Shown here: piece by piece, positions 44,531-55,490 of the stretch | Layout of the letters: every line of letters starts with the position of its first letter | How positions within the stretch are numbered: the stretch's first letter is position 1 | NCBI GenBank assembly: GCA_963821385.1 | Contig: CAWGDK010000008.1 | Location: forward strand, 155,909-219,908 | Direction of reading: 5' to 3' | DNA from: an uncultured Gemmatimonadales bacterium | Lineage (GTDB): Bacteria > Gemmatimonadota > Gemmatimonadetes > Gemmatimonadales > GWC2-71-9 | DNA: 64,000 nt | Notes under the pieces: model-generated | Databases searched by the model: none | Told to the model about the DNA's origin: nothing | What the model saw: the letters and a program-made list of their open reading frames with translations, nothing else | Made by a program: the position numbers and the translations under genes

Positions 44531-45776
44531 ATGCCGTTTTTCGAGGCCATTCGCCTCGCCCTGCAGACCATCCGGTCGCAGAAGCTGAAAAGCGCTTTCT
44601 CCATCGTCGGGGTGTTCATCGGCGTGATGTTTCTGATCGCCGTGGTGTCGGTCGTGCAGGGCATGAATCGGTACATGACCGACAAGTTCGCCGGCACGAT
44701 CCTCGGGGTGAACACGTTTCGGCTGCGGCAATTCCCCGATGTGCAGATCGGCAATGTGACTGACTCCACCTGGCGCACCTGGCGGCGACGGCCGCGCATC
44801 TCCTATGAGGACGCCGAGGCGGTCGTCGCACGGGCTGACGGTATCGACGGCGAGCGCCTGGGAGTCGAGCACGAGCGCCACCCTCATCGTCGGCGGGAGG
44901 AAGGCGACCGGCGTCCAGGTGACCGCCGCGACCGAGCAATACTTCGCGATCCGTTCGCTGACGGTCGAGTTCGGTCGCCCGTTCACGCTGCAAGAGGTCC
45001 AGGTCGGGGCGCCCGTGGTCGTGCTCGGGCACGAGCTCGCGGAAAAACTGTTCGAGGGCCAGAATCCGATCGGCCGCGAGGTGAAGATCTTCGACCTTCC
45101 CTACCGCGTCATCGGCGTGGTCGAGAAACAGGGCAACCTGTTCGGGATTTCACTCGACAAGTTCGCCGTGGCGCCGGCCTCCTCGGACTTGAAGCGCTAT
45201 GTGAGCGCGCCGCGCGTGGTGGACGCGCTGGTGGTGAAGGCCGGGTCGCAGCCCGAGATGCGCGAGGCAATGGGACAGGCCGAGGCGATCATGCGCAGCC
45301 GCCATCATCTGCGGCCCCGCGCGGAGGACGATTTCGCGCTCGAGACGGCGGACGAGGTGCTGGATTTCTGGAACAAGATCAGCCGGGTGCTGTTTCTGGC
45401 GCTGCCGGGACTCGTGGCGGTGTCGCTCGTGGTGGGGGGGATCGTGATCATGAATATCATGCTGATGGCGGTGGCCGAGCGGACGCGGGAGATCGGCATC
45501 CGCAAGTCGCTGGGCGCGCGACGGCGCGATATCCTGCGGCAGTTCCTGGTGGAAGCCACGACGCTGTCCACGGTGGGGGCGGCCGTCGGGGTCGCGAGCG
45601 GGCTCGGCCTCGCGGCGCTGGTCGCCGCCACGACGTCCCTGCCCGCCAGCGTCGCCCCGTGGTCCATCGGCCTCGGCGTCGTGCTCGGCGCGGGGGTCGG
45701 GATCGCCGCGGGCGTCTACCCGGCGAGCCGCGCCGCGCGGCTCGATCCGATCGAGGCGCTGCGGCAGGAAACGTGA
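44531..45776 (+). CDS. MacB/FtsX-type ABC permease 5 (type A; apparent frameshift near 44830)
   Basis: [37 protein letters not shown]; ends LDPIEALRQET. Confidence 0.9.
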
Positions 45777-47008
45777 CGCCGCTGCTGGAGGGCGTGGGCA
45801 TCGCGCTCGACTCCCTGCGCGCCAACAAGGCCCGCGCCGCGCTCACCATCCTGGGCGTGGCGATCGGGGTGATGGTCGTGATGGTCGTGGCGGCCATGAT
45901 CAGCGGCATCAACACGAGCGTCGCCAACACGTTCGAACAAATCGCGCCGCGCACGTTTCTGGTGTGGCGCGTGTTTCAGGCCGGCGTGAACATCGACGAC
46001 GGCTCGGATGAGAATTCGCCGTGGCGCCGCAACCCGCCGATCCGCGACATCGAGGCGGATCGCATCGCGCGGTTGCCGAGCGTGCGGTACGTGACGCGCC
46101 GCGAAGAGAGCGAGGCCCAGGTGGAGTTCGGCGACCAGCGGCTCGAATCGGTGAACGTCGCCGGGCTGTCGTCGCAATGGGTGGAGGTGAATGGCGGCGA
46201 TGTCTTCCCCGGACGCAGCTTCACCTGGATGGAGGACCTGGCCAGCAGCCCGGTGGTGGTGATCAACAAGAAGCTCGAGGCCCAGCTGTTCCGCGGCCGC
46301 GACCCGATCGGGCAGGTGGTGAAAGTCGCGGGCGTGCCGTTCCGGGTGATCGGCGTCTACACCCCCCCGCCCAACCTGTTCAGCGGCGCCTCACCGCCGT
46401 TCGCCGGGATCCCGCACGGGGCGTTCGTGAAATACATCCCCTACTTCAAGGGATGGATGCGGCTCGCCGTGTCGCCCGCCCCCGGGTACACGCAGCAGCA
46501 GTCGATGGACGAGGTCACCGCCACGCTGCGTTCGTTGCGGGAGCTCAAGCCGGGTGAGGACAACACCTTTTCGATCGTCACCCAGGACAAGCTGCTGGAG
46601 TCGTGGAACAAGATTACCGGCGTCTTCTTCCTGGTGATGATGGTGTTGTCGTCGATCGGCCTGATGGTGGGTGGTGTGGGGGTGGTGGCGATCATGATGA
46701 TCTCGGTCACCGAGCGCACGCGCGAGATCGGCGTGCGCAAGGCGCTCGGTGCGACCCGGCGCGAGATCCTGTGGCAGTTTCTGGTCGAGGCCTCAACGCT
46801 GACGCTGGTGGGCGGGGCGGTCGGGATGCTGGTGGGCGGGCTCGTCGCCTTCGCCCTGTCGCGGCTCACCCCGATCCCCGCGCACGTACCGCTGTGGTCC
46901 ATCGTGGCCGCACTCGCCGCGTCGGCGTTCACGGGCGTGGGATTCGGGCTGTACCCCGCCAGCCGGGCCGCGCGGCTGGACCCGGTCGAGGCTCTACGCT
47001 ACGAGTAG
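45773..47008 (+). CDS. MacB/FtsX-type ABC permease 6 (type B)
   Basis: GTGA overlap; VTPLLEGVGIALDSLRANKARAALTILG; ends LDPVEALRYE. Confidence 0.92.
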   Translation: MTPLLEGVGIALDSLRANKARAALTILGVAIGVMVVMVVAAMISGINTSVANTFEQIAPRTFLVWRVFQAGVNIDDGSDENSPWRRNPPIRDIEADRIARLPSVRYVTRREESEAQVEFGDQRLESVNVAGLSSQWVEVNGGDVFPGRSFTWMEDLASSPVVVINKKLEAQLFRGRDPIGQVVKVAGVPFRVIGVYTPPPNLFSGASPPFAGIPHGAFVKYIPYFKGWMRLAVSPAPGYTQQQSMDEVTATLRSLRELKPGEDNTFSIVTQDKLLESWNKITGVFFLVMMVLSSIGLMVGGVGVVAIMMISVTERTREIGVRKALGATRREILWQFLVEASTLTLVGGAVGMLVGGLVAFALSRLTPIPAHVPLWSIVAALAASAFTGVGFGLYPASRAARLDPVEALRYE

Positions 47009-47023
47009 TTAGTTTTCCGTCCG

Positions 47024-48271
47024 ATGCAGATCACTGAAGCCATCCTCCAGGCTCTCCAGGCGGCGTGGAGCCACAAGCTCCGCTCCTTCTTCACGCTGGT
47101 CGGGATCATCGTCTCCGTCGCGTTCCTGGTGGCGGTGGTCGCCGTGATCCAGGGCATGAACGCCTACGTGCGCGACCGCATCGGCGGCGCGATCGTGGGC
47201 GTGAACGCATTCCAGGTCCGCCGCACCCCGATCGCCATCGGCCTGATCGACGATGAAGAGTGGCGCGCCATTCAACGGCGCCCGATCATCGCCCCCGAGG
47301 ACGTGTCCTACGTGCAGCAGGCGCTGCCCGACGCGAAAGCGATCTCACTGCAGTCGGGCTGGCCCACGCCCCAGGCCGACGTGGAATGGCGCGACCGGAC
47401 CGTGGGCGATGCGTTCGTGTTCGGGGTGACCGCCCCGTTCCAGATCGTGCAGGACTATCAGTTCGCCGCGGGCGAGGCGTTGACCGACGTGGACGTGCGC
47501 GAGCGGCGGCCGGTGGCGGTGCTCGGATTCGACGTGGCCGACAAGCTGTTCGACGGCAACCTCCAGCTGGCCGTGGGCCAGCGGATCCGGGTGCGCGGCG
47601 AACAGTTCACGGTGCGCGGCGTCGTCGCGAAAAAGGGCACCGTGCTCGGCAATTCGTGGGACGGCTTCGTCATGCTGCCGCTGACGACGTTCGAGGCCGT
47701 GTACGGCCGGCGCCAGACGACGGTGATCTCGGTCAAGATGCCCGATGCCATCTCGGTGTCGGGCGGGATGCAGCGCGCCGAAGAGGCGATGCGCGTCGCC
47801 CACCGGCTTCGGCCGCTCCAGGACAACGATTTCACCGTGGATACCGCGGACGCGCTGGTCTCGTTCTGGAAGAGCCTGACCCGCATCCTGTTTACGGTGA
47901 TCCCGGCCGTGGTCGCGATCGGCATCGTGGTAGGCGGGATCGTGATCATGAACATCATGCTGATGAGCGTGAACGAGCGCACGCGGGAGATCGGCGTGCG
48001 CAAGTCGCTCGGCGCGCGGCGCCGCGACATCCTGCGCCAGTTTCTGGCGGAGGCGGTCACACTCTCGTTTCTGGGCGGCCTGCTCGGTCTCGGTGCCGGC
48101 GCGGGGCTGGCGGCGCTCATCAACGCCGCCACACCGCTGCCGGCGCGGGTCACGCTCTGGTCCGTGCTGGTGGCGATCTCGCTCGGCGCCGGCGTCGGCA
48201 TTCTGTTCGGCGTCTACCCCGCGTCCCGGGCGGCTCGGCTCGATCCCATCACGGCGCTGAGAGCGGAATGA
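47024..48271 (+). CDS. MacB/FtsX-type ABC permease 7 (divergent type A)
   Basis: [28 protein letters not shown]; ends LDPITALRAE. Confidence 0.93.
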   Translation: MQITEAILQALQAAWSHKLRSFFTLVGIIVSVAFLVAVVAVIQGMNAYVRDRIGGAIVGVNAFQVRRTPIAIGLIDDEEWRAIQRRPIIAPEDVSYVQQALPDAKAISLQSGWPTPQADVEWRDRTVGDAFVFGVTAPFQIVQDYQFAAGEALTDVDVRERRPVAVLGFDVADKLFDGNLQLAVGQRIRVRGEQFTVRGVVAKKGTVLGNSWDGFVMLPLTTFEAVYGRRQTTVISVKMPDAISVSGGMQRAEEAMRVAHRLRPLQDNDFTVDTADALVSFWKSLTRILFTVIPAVVAIGIVVGGIVIMNIMLMSVNERTREIGVRKSLGARRRDILRQFLAEAVTLSFLGGLLGLGAGAGLAALINAATPLPARVTLWSVLVAISLGAGVGILFGVYPASRAARLDPITALRAE

Positions 48272-49510
48272 AGCTCCATTCCCTCTCCGAAGGCTTCGGC
48301 ATCGCCCTCGACCAGCTACGCGCCAACAAGCTGCGCTCGGCGCTCACCATGCTCGGCGTCGTGATCGGCGTGGCCACGGTGATGGCGATGGCCTCCATCG
48401 TCCAGGGCATCCGCGATCAGATCATCAATACGATCGAGGTGGCGGGCCCGACGACGTTCTACGTGGTGCGGTTCTTTTCGCAGACGCCGCTCAACCCCGA
48501 CGCGCTGCCGCGTGAGGTCCGCATCCGGCCCGTGGTCAAGCCCGCGGAAGCGGAGGCGATCGCCGCCCTGCCCGAAATCCGCTACGCCGGCGTGTGGGTG
48601 CAGCTGTTTCAGCGCATGGAGTACCAGGGCGCGCACACGCAGATCATGACTCAGTTCGGCGCGGACGCGCACTACATGGAGATCCAGGGCGGGCAACTGT
48701 TGCGCGGGCGCTTCTTCACGACGTCGGAAGAGAACGCCGGCGCCCCGGTGATCGTGCTGGAGGAACGCCCCGCCGAGAAGCTGTTCGGCCGCATCGACCC
48801 GTTGGGACGCTTCGTGCGGGTCGCGGGCAAATCGCTGCGGGTCATCGGCCTGTATCAGAATCCCCAGAACATCTTTCAGCCACCCTCCCAGGAGATCGGC
48901 GCGATCATGCCGTTCGAAACGGCGCGCCGCTCGTTCCGCTACGACGAGACCAACGCGCTGTGGATCGTGGTGAAACCGCGCGACGGGGTCCCGGTGACCA
49001 CGGCGATGGACGCCGTCACCGTGCAGCTGCGACGCCTGCGCGGCCTGCGGCCCGCCGACAAAAGCAGCTTCGACTTGATCACGCAGGACCAGATCCTGGA
49101 CATCTTCAATCAGCTCACCGGCGTGTTCTTTCTCGTGATGCTGGCGCTGTCGTCGGTGGCGCTGATGGTGGGCGGCATCGGCGTGATGGCGATCATGATG
49201 GTGTCGGTGACAGACCGGACGCGCGAGATCGGCGTGCGCAAAGCGCTGGGTGCCACTCGGCGCGAGATCATGTGGCAATTCCTGGTCGAAGCATCGACGC
49301 TGACGCTGGCCGGCGGATTGATCGGCGTGCTGGTGGGTCTCGGGTATGGGGGAATTGCTGAAAGCGTTCATGCAGACGGGCTCGGGCGTGCCGATCTGGA
49401 GCGCCGTCGTGGCCTGTCTCGTTTCGGTGGTGATCGGGCTCGTGTTCGGCGTGATGCCGGCGACGCGCGCCGCGCGACTGGACCCGGTGGAGGCGCTGCG
49501 ATACGAATGA
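48268..49510 (+). CDS. MacB/FtsX-type ABC permease 8 (divergent type B; apparent frameshift near 49345)
   Basis: ATGA overlap; GGIGVMAIMMVSVTDRTREIG; ends LDPVEALRYE in a shifted frame. Confidence 0.9.
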
Positions 49511-49520
49511 ACGAACTACG

Positions 49521-49608
49521 GGGAGTGGGAAGTAGGGAGTGGTTCGTGACGGTGCGCACCGGAGATCTGGATTGTGCCGTCAGGTACCACTCCCCACACC
49601 CCACTCCC
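49521..49608. repeat. Inverted pair of heptamer arrays (GGGAGTG)3 ... (CCACTCC)3
   Basis: GGGAGTGGGAAGTAGGGAGTGG (49521-49542) is complementary at 19/22 positions to CCACTCCCCACACCCCACTCCC (49587-49608). Confidence 0.8.
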
Positions 49609-49616
49609 GATTTGCC

Positions 49617-50345
49617 GTGACCCAAACCGTCGATCTCCTCGCCATCGCGGCACATCGAGACGACGCCGAGCTGACCTGCGGCGGCACGCTCGCCAAGGCC
49701 GCCCGCTCAGGGCAGCGCGTCGGCATCCTCGATCTGACGCAGGGCGAGTCCGGCACCCGCGGCTCCTCCGATCTGCGCGCGGCCGAAGCCAAGGCCGCGG
49801 CGGCCGCGTTGGGCATCGCCGTGCGCATGAACGCGGGACTGCCGGACGCGCATCTCGCCAACGACGAGCCATCGCGCGCCCGTCTGGTGCAGCTGGTGCG
49901 CGAGCTGCGGCCGCGCGTCGTGATCCTGCCCTTCCCCGTGGGCCGCCACCCCGACCACCGCGTCGCCTCCGAGCTGGGACGCGACGCCTGCTACCTGGCC
50001 GGCCTCGCGAAGTACGCGCCGACCGGGGGCGTCGAGCCCTACCGGCCGTTCAAGCTGCTATACGCGCTCGCGTACCGAGAGGACCCGGTGAAGCCCTCGT
50101 TCGTGGTGGACATCTCGGACAGCTTCGACGCCAAGATGGCGGCGATCCGGTGCTATGCCTCGCAGTTCGACGGCGCCAAGGCCGCTGGGGAGATCTTCCC
50201 CACGGGACAGGACCTGTACGAGCTGATCCGGGTGCAATCGGCCCACTACGGCTCGCTGATCCGGGTCCCCTACGGGGAGCCGTACTTCACCCATGAAACG
50301 GTGGCCGTGGACGACGTGCTACAGCTTGGCGTGTCGAGTCTGTAA
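49617..50345 (+). CDS. bshB1: Bacillithiol biosynthesis deacetylase BshB1 (PIG-L family)
   Basis: LLAIAAHRDDAELTCGGTL, ILDLTQGESGTRG, RHPDH, AGLAKY, VVDISDSFDAKMAAIRCYASQF, YGEPY. Confidence 0.85.
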   Translation: MTQTVDLLAIAAHRDDAELTCGGTLAKAARSGQRVGILDLTQGESGTRGSSDLRAAEAKAAAAALGIAVRMNAGLPDAHLANDEPSRARLVQLVRELRPRVVILPFPVGRHPDHRVASELGRDACYLAGLAKYAPTGGVEPYRPFKLLYALAYREDPVKPSFVVDISDSFDAKMAAIRCYASQFDGAKAAGEIFPTGQDLYELIRVQSAHYGSLIRVPYGEPYFTHETVAVDDVLQLGVSSL

Positions 50346-50363
50346 ACCTAGATTCTCCCCACC

Positions 50364-51545
50364 ATGACGACCCGCTTCACCTATCTCGACCACGCGGCCA
50401 CCACACCGGTCCGGCCCGAAGTGCTCGAGGCCATGCTTCCCTATCTCAAGGACGAGGCATTCGGCAATCCGTCCTCCGCGCACCGGGTCGGGCGCGCGGC
50501 GCGGGCAGGGGTCGAGCAGGCGAAGCGGGCGGTCGCCCAGGCGGTGGGCGCCGAGCCGAACCAGGTCATCTTCACGTCGGGCGGCACCGAGGCCGACAAC
50601 CTCGCGGTGATCGGCGCGGCGCTGGCCGCGCGCGATCGCGGCGGGCCGTTCCGGGTCGCTGTGGCCGCAACGGAGCACAAGGCCGTGCTGGCGGCGGCGC
50701 ACGCGGTGGCCCATCTGGGCGGCGAGGAAATCATCCTGCCGGTGGATGGCGGCGGCACCGTGAGCGAGGCCGCGCTGGACGCGGCGCTCGCGCGCGGCGT
50801 GGCGATCGTGAGCGTGATGTGGGTGAACAATGAAGTGGGCACCGTGCAGCCGGTGGCACGGCTGGCGGAGCGATGTCGCGCGGCCGGCACGATCTTCCAT
50901 AGTGATGCCGTCCAGGCGTTCGGCAAAGTCCCCGTGTCGCTGCGTGACGTCGGTTGCACCCTGCTCACCATCTCCGGCCACAAGATCGGCGCGCCCAAGG
51001 GCATCGGCGCGCTCGTGGTGCGTGAGCCGCGCGCCGTGGAAGCCATCATCCACGGCGGTGGCCAGCAGTTCGGGATCCGGCCCGGCACCGAGAACGTTCC
51101 GGGCATCATCGCGCTCGGGCGCGCGGCGGAGCTGGCGAGCGCCGAGCAGGCGGAGGTGAGCGCTCGTCTGGCCACGCTGCGCCAGGACCTCGCCGCGCGG
51201 CTGATGGCCATCGTGCCCGACGCCGTGATTCACGGACCGGGCTCGGCACCGCAGCAGGCGCCCCACGTACTCAACGTCTCGATTCCCGGCACCGACAGTG
51301 AAGCGATGCTGATGCATCTCGACATGGCCGGGATCGCGTGCTCGGCCGGGTCGGCGTGCAGCACCGGCGCGACCGAGCCCTCGCACGTCCTGACCGCGAT
51401 GGGCGTGCCGCCCGAGCTTGGCATCGCGGCGCTGCGCTTTTCATTCGGCCGGACGAGCACCGCGGCGGACGTGGAGGCGCTGGCCGCCGCGCTGCCCAAG
51501 ATCGTGGAAAAGGTGCGGGGACTCACCGCCACCCTGCAACGATGA
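50364..51545 (+). CDS. iscS: Cysteine desulfurase (IscS/NifS type)
   Basis: [46 protein letters not shown]. Confidence 0.93.
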   Translation: MTTRFTYLDHAATTPVRPEVLEAMLPYLKDEAFGNPSSAHRVGRAARAGVEQAKRAVAQAVGAEPNQVIFTSGGTEADNLAVIGAALAARDRGGPFRVAVAATEHKAVLAAAHAVAHLGGEEIILPVDGGGTVSEAALDAALARGVAIVSVMWVNNEVGTVQPVARLAERCRAAGTIFHSDAVQAFGKVPVSLRDVGCTLLTISGHKIGAPKGIGALVVREPRAVEAIIHGGGQQFGIRPGTENVPGIIALGRAAELASAEQAEVSARLATLRQDLAARLMAIVPDAVIHGPGSAPQQAPHVLNVSIPGTDSEAMLMHLDMAGIACSAGSACSTGATEPSHVLTAMGVPPELGIAALRFSFGRTSTAADVEALAAALPKIVEKVRGLTATLQR

Positions 51546-52600
51546 AGGGCCGCGTGTTGGTCGCTATGTCGGGCGGCGTCGATTCCTCCGTCGCGGCGGC
51601 GCTCCTGGTGGAAGACGGGTACGAGGTCATCGGCGCCACGCTGAAGCTGTTCTGCTACGGCGACGACGTGCCCGACCGTCCCTGCTGCTCCCTCGACTCG
51701 ATCACCGACGCGAAGCTGGTGGCGCACCGGCTCGGCATCCCGCACTACGTCCTCAATCTCGAAGACAACTTCGGACGCGATGTGATCGGCGACTTCGTGC
51801 GCGAATACGCGCGCGGCCGCACGCCGATTCCGTGCGTGCGCTGCAATTCGTTCACGAAGTTCCGCGATCTGTTGACCCACGCCGACGCCCTGGACTGCGA
51901 CTACCTCGCCACCGGGCATTACGCGCAGGCGCGCGACGGGGCGCTGTACCGCGGCCGCGACCCAGAAAAGGACCAGTCCTATTTCCTGTGGGGCATCGAT
52001 CGCAGCGTCGTGGCCCGCATGCTGACGCCGGTCGGCACCCTGACCAAGCGGGAGACGCGGGCGATGGCGCGACGGCTAGGACTCGAAACAGCGGACAAGA
52101 CGGAGTCGGTCGAGATCTGCTTCGTCCCGGACGGCGACTATGTAGGCGTGCTGGAGCAGCACCTCCCGGCGGACGCGCCGGCCCTCGTCCCGGGACCGCT
52201 CGTCACCACGACGGGCGAGGTCGTGGGGGAGCACGCCGGTTTCGCGCGCTTCACGATCGGCCAGCGCCGCGGTCTGCCGGGCGGGTTCGCCCGACCGATG
52301 TACGTAGTGGATATCCGGCCCGATACGCGCGAGGTCGTGATCGGCACCGGCGACGATCTATTCGGCCACACCCTGTCACTCGAGGACGTGAACTGGCTCG
52401 CCGAACCGCTGGAGGCGGGCGCAAGGACATGGGTGCAGTGCCGTTATCGCGCCACGGCCGTCCCCGCCACTGTTTCGGCCTGCACCAGCGACGGGGTGGA
52501 GCTCCGGCTCGCCCAGGCGGTGCGCGCCATCACGCCGGGGCAATCCGGCGTGCTGTATGACGAAGCGGGCCGCCTGTTGGGCGGCGGCCTCATCGCCTAG
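51542..52600 (+). CDS. mnmA: tRNA 2-thiouridine(34) synthase MnmA
   Basis: [58 protein letters not shown]. Confidence 0.97.
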   Translation: MKGRVLVAMSGGVDSSVAAALLVEDGYEVIGATLKLFCYGDDVPDRPCCSLDSITDAKLVAHRLGIPHYVLNLEDNFGRDVIGDFVREYARGRTPIPCVRCNSFTKFRDLLTHADALDCDYLATGHYAQARDGALYRGRDPEKDQSYFLWGIDRSVVARMLTPVGTLTKRETRAMARRLGLETADKTESVEICFVPDGDYVGVLEQHLPADAPALVPGPLVTTTGEVVGEHAGFARFTIGQRRGLPGGFARPMYVVDIRPDTREVVIGTGDDLFGHTLSLEDVNWLAEPLEAGARTWVQCRYRATAVPATVSACTSDGVELRLAQAVRAITPGQSGVLYDEAGRLLGGGLIA

Positions 52601-52708
52601 GTACCTTCCTCGCCTGTGGCGGTTGCGCGACCACCCGCCGGTCGTGCGCTGGGTCACCGCCGACCCCCTCAGCGATATCGATACTAGCCCCACAAAGGAG
52701 ATCCCTTC

Positions 52709-53830
52709 ATGACGCGTTCCCGTTTTGTATGGTCGAACCTCGCCCTGGTGGCCGTCCTGGCCGCCTGCAGCGACAACACCACCGGACCCGGCACTCTCAC
52801 CGATCCCACCGCGACCTCGGCGGCCCTCAGCTCGCTGGACAGCTCGTTCAGCGCTCCGGCCGTCGCGAGCTTCGGCTCGCTGGGCGCCTACATCAGTCCC
52901 ACTGCGGCCCTGTCCCGCGCCGGCGGCATCGTGAATGCCACGCGGCCGCAGCGGCTGCCGCCGGGCACGACGCCCGAAGTCGCCGCGGCGCGTCACCTGA
53001 GCGACCTGCGCCGGCTCGCCACGGCGTCCCCCTCGAGCCCGCAGGGGCCGGTCATTCCGGATACGCTGTACGGCTCGATCTATACCTGGGACTCCACCTC
53101 GGCCCAATACACCCGCTCGGCCACCACCGGTGGACCGGCGAACGGGGTCGAGTTCGTGTTGTACGCCGTGAGCCCGATTACCGGCAACATCGTCTTTCCG
53201 CTCAACCCGGTGGGCGTGGCGCAGCTGCTGGACGAAAGCGCCGGCGTCAGCGCCAAGCTGCACATCCTGGTGAAGGACAACTCCAACACCACGTACCTGG
53301 ACTACCTGGCGACCCTCACGCCGGGCGTCGGCTCGCTCACGGCCGCGGTTACCGGTTTCGTCACGAACGGGTTGAACGGCGGCGCGAACAAGACGCTGAC
53401 CTTCAGCGTGGCGGCTACGCTGACGTTCACGTCCGCTACGGCCCACGCGTCGTTCTCGCTCAACAATCCGTCGATCTCGATCGTGCTCGACGCGACCCTG
53501 ACCACCGCCAACGGCACCGACACGGTGGACGTGACGTTCACGTTCACGCGTCCGGGAGAAACCGTGCGGCTGGCGGGCACCATCGTCACCACGAACAGCG
53601 TGCTCGACACGCTGCACGCCGAGATCCGGGTCAACGGCCAGGTGTACGCGACGATCGAAGGCAACGCCAATGCGGTGACCTTCTTCGACAAGGACCACGT
53701 CGTCATCACGGATGTCGGGGCGCAACACGACATCCTGGTGGCGCTCGACCACCTGCGCGATGCGGTGGAAGAGACGCTCGACTTCATCGAGGACCTGTTC
53801 AACCCGATCGAGAATCTGGTCGGGAACTAG
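52709..53830 (+). CDS. Hypothetical lipoprotein
   Basis: AAGGAG RBS; LVAVLAAC lipobox; 373 aa, Thr/Ser and beta-rich. Confidence 0.75.
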   Translation: MTRSRFVWSNLALVAVLAACSDNTTGPGTLTDPTATSAALSSLDSSFSAPAVASFGSLGAYISPTAALSRAGGIVNATRPQRLPPGTTPEVAAARHLSDLRRLATASPSSPQGPVIPDTLYGSIYTWDSTSAQYTRSATTGGPANGVEFVLYAVSPITGNIVFPLNPVGVAQLLDESAGVSAKLHILVKDNSNTTYLDYLATLTPGVGSLTAAVTGFVTNGLNGGANKTLTFSVAATLTFTSATAHASFSLNNPSISIVLDATLTTANGTDTVDVTFTFTRPGETVRLAGTIVTTNSVLDTLHAEIRVNGQVYATIEGNANAVTFFDKDHVVITDVGAQHDILVALDHLRDAVEETLDFIEDLFNPIENLVGN

Positions 53831-53852
53831 TCCGGCTCCCCCCAGCCGGCAC

Positions 53853-53890
53853 AAACGTCCCCGTCGGGCCCTGGCCCGGCGGGGGCGTTT
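53853..53890 (+). terminator. Intrinsic terminator-like hairpin
   Basis: AAACGTCCCCGTCGGGCC pairs with GGCCCGGCGGGGGCGTTT (two G-U pairs), about 22 nt after the stop. Confidence 0.65.
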
Positions 53891-53930
53891 GCGCTAAATC
53901 CAAGTCGACTCTCACGAGGCAGGTCCGTCC

Positions 53931-55232
53931 GTGACGTCCCGCCGTCGATTCTTCGGCTCACTCGTGTCGGCCTCCGCGGCCGTGCCGTTCGTGCCGGCGT
54001 TGACCAACCATGCGATCGGCCACGTCCTGCGCACGGTGAACGCCACCGCCGGACGATCCGCCGCCGACCTCGCGGACGACGAGGATTTCTGGCGCGAGAT
54101 CCAGAACTCGTTCACCCTCGACCGGGCGATCATCAATCTGAACAACGGCGGCGTGTCCCCCTCGCCCCGGATCGTGCAGGAAGCGATGCAGCACTACCTC
54201 GCCATCTCCAACACGGCGCCGGTGGTCACGATGTGGCAATGGCTGGAGCCAGAAATCGAGGCGGTGCGGCGGCGACTGGCGGCCGATTTCGGCTGCGATG
54301 CGGAGGAGATGGCAATCACCCGCGGCGCCTCCGAGGCGCTCGAGATCGTACAGCAGGGCATTCCGCTGCAGCGCGGCGACGAGGTGCTGACGACCACGCA
54401 GGACTACCCGCGCATGATCACGACGTGGGAGCAGCGGGCGCGGCGCGAAGGGATCGTCCTGAAGCAGATCCCCTTCCCGGTTCCGCCGCCGTCTCTGGAC
54501 GACCTGGCGCGCCGCTTCGAAGAGGCGATCACGCCGCGGACCAAGGTGCTGCACATCTGCCATATCACCAATCTCACGGGGCAGATTTTCCCGGTGCGGC
54601 GCATCTGCCAGATGGCGCGCGCGCGCGGGCTCGAAGTGATCGTGGACGGCGCCCACGCCTACGCGCATTTCCCGTTCACGCGCGACGAGCTGGACTGCGA
54701 CTATTACGGCACCAGCCTCCACAAGTGGCTGCTGTCCCCGCACGGCACTGGCTTTCTGTACGTCCGCAAGGAGAAGATCCCGACCATCTGGCCCCTGATG
54801 GCGGCGCCGCCCTCGATGGACAGCAACATCCGCAAGTTCGAGGAGATCGGCACGCATCCGGCCGCCAATCACAACGCCATCGCCGAAGCGTTGACGTTTC
54901 ACCAGGGCATCGGCGCCGAGCGCAAGGCGGCGCGGCTGCGCTACCTGCGCGACCGCTGGGCGCGACGCCTGGAGCAGGTGCCGGGAGTGAAAATCCTCAC
55001 CTCCTACGATCCGAAGCAGTCGTGCGGGCTGGCCTCGTTCACGCCGGGGGCGCTCGATGTCGGCAAGCTCACGGGGTACCTGTGGGACAAGCACAAGATC
55101 ATCGTGACCGCGATCGCGCATCCCGAGTTCAACTGTCTCCGCATCACGCCGAACGTGTACACGCTGGTGGCCGAGGTCGATCGGTTTGCGGAGGTGATGG
55201 AGGAGACGCTGAAGAAGGGGATACCAGCGTGA
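53931..55232 (+). CDS. Class V aminotransferase (isopenicillin-N epimerase-like) with Tat signal
   Basis: SRRRFF twin-arginine motif; NLNNGGVSPSP, IVDGAHA, YGTSLHKWL. Confidence 0.9.
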   Translation: MTSRRRFFGSLVSASAAVPFVPALTNHAIGHVLRTVNATAGRSAADLADDEDFWREIQNSFTLDRAIINLNNGGVSPSPRIVQEAMQHYLAISNTAPVVTMWQWLEPEIEAVRRRLAADFGCDAEEMAITRGASEALEIVQQGIPLQRGDEVLTTTQDYPRMITTWEQRARREGIVLKQIPFPVPPPSLDDLARRFEEAITPRTKVLHICHITNLTGQIFPVRRICQMARARGLEVIVDGAHAYAHFPFTRDELDCDYYGTSLHKWLLSPHGTGFLYVRKEKIPTIWPLMAAPPSMDSNIRKFEEIGTHPAANHNAIAEALTFHQGIGAERKAARLRYLRDRWARRLEQVPGVKILTSYDPKQSCGLASFTPGALDVGKLTGYLWDKHKIIVTAIAHPEFNCLRITPNVYTLVAEVDRFAEVMEETLKKGIPA

Positions 55233-55480
55233 GACAGCTATCAGCTATCAGCTATCGGCTATCAGCTGTTGCGGTGATGGTTGGGATTCTGCTCAGCGTC
55301 GGGTGCGGTGGTGGGAGTGGGGACAACAATCAGCGCGTCAACCGTGATACGCTCACCGAGCGGCAGCAGGACAGCATGTTGTCGAAATCGTCGATTCCCG
55401 GGGCGCGCGGCGTCGGGCGGGCGATGACGGCGGCGGATTCGATCAGCGCGCGCGTGCAGGCCTCGGATACGGTGCAGTGA
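55229..55480 (+). CDS. Small lipoprotein
   Basis: GTGA overlap; VGILLSVGC lipobox; alternative start at ATG 55277. Confidence 0.6.
   Translation: MRQLSAISYRLSAVAVMVGILLSVGCGGGSGDNNQRVNRDTLTERQQDSMLSKSSIPGARGVGRAMTAADSISARVQASDTVQ
55235..55267. repeat. Heptamer tandem repeat (CAGCTAT) x4.7, the reverse complement of the AGCTGAT family
   Basis: CAGCTAT CAGCTAT CAGCTAT CGGCTAT CAGCT. Confidence 0.9.
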
Positions 55481-55490
55481 CAGCCGGCGT

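Noticed and set aside
44531..47008. 825-aa fused double permease in the ORF track
   Set aside because: Produced by the frameshift near 44830; permease 5 ends at 45776 and permease 6 starts at GTG 45773.
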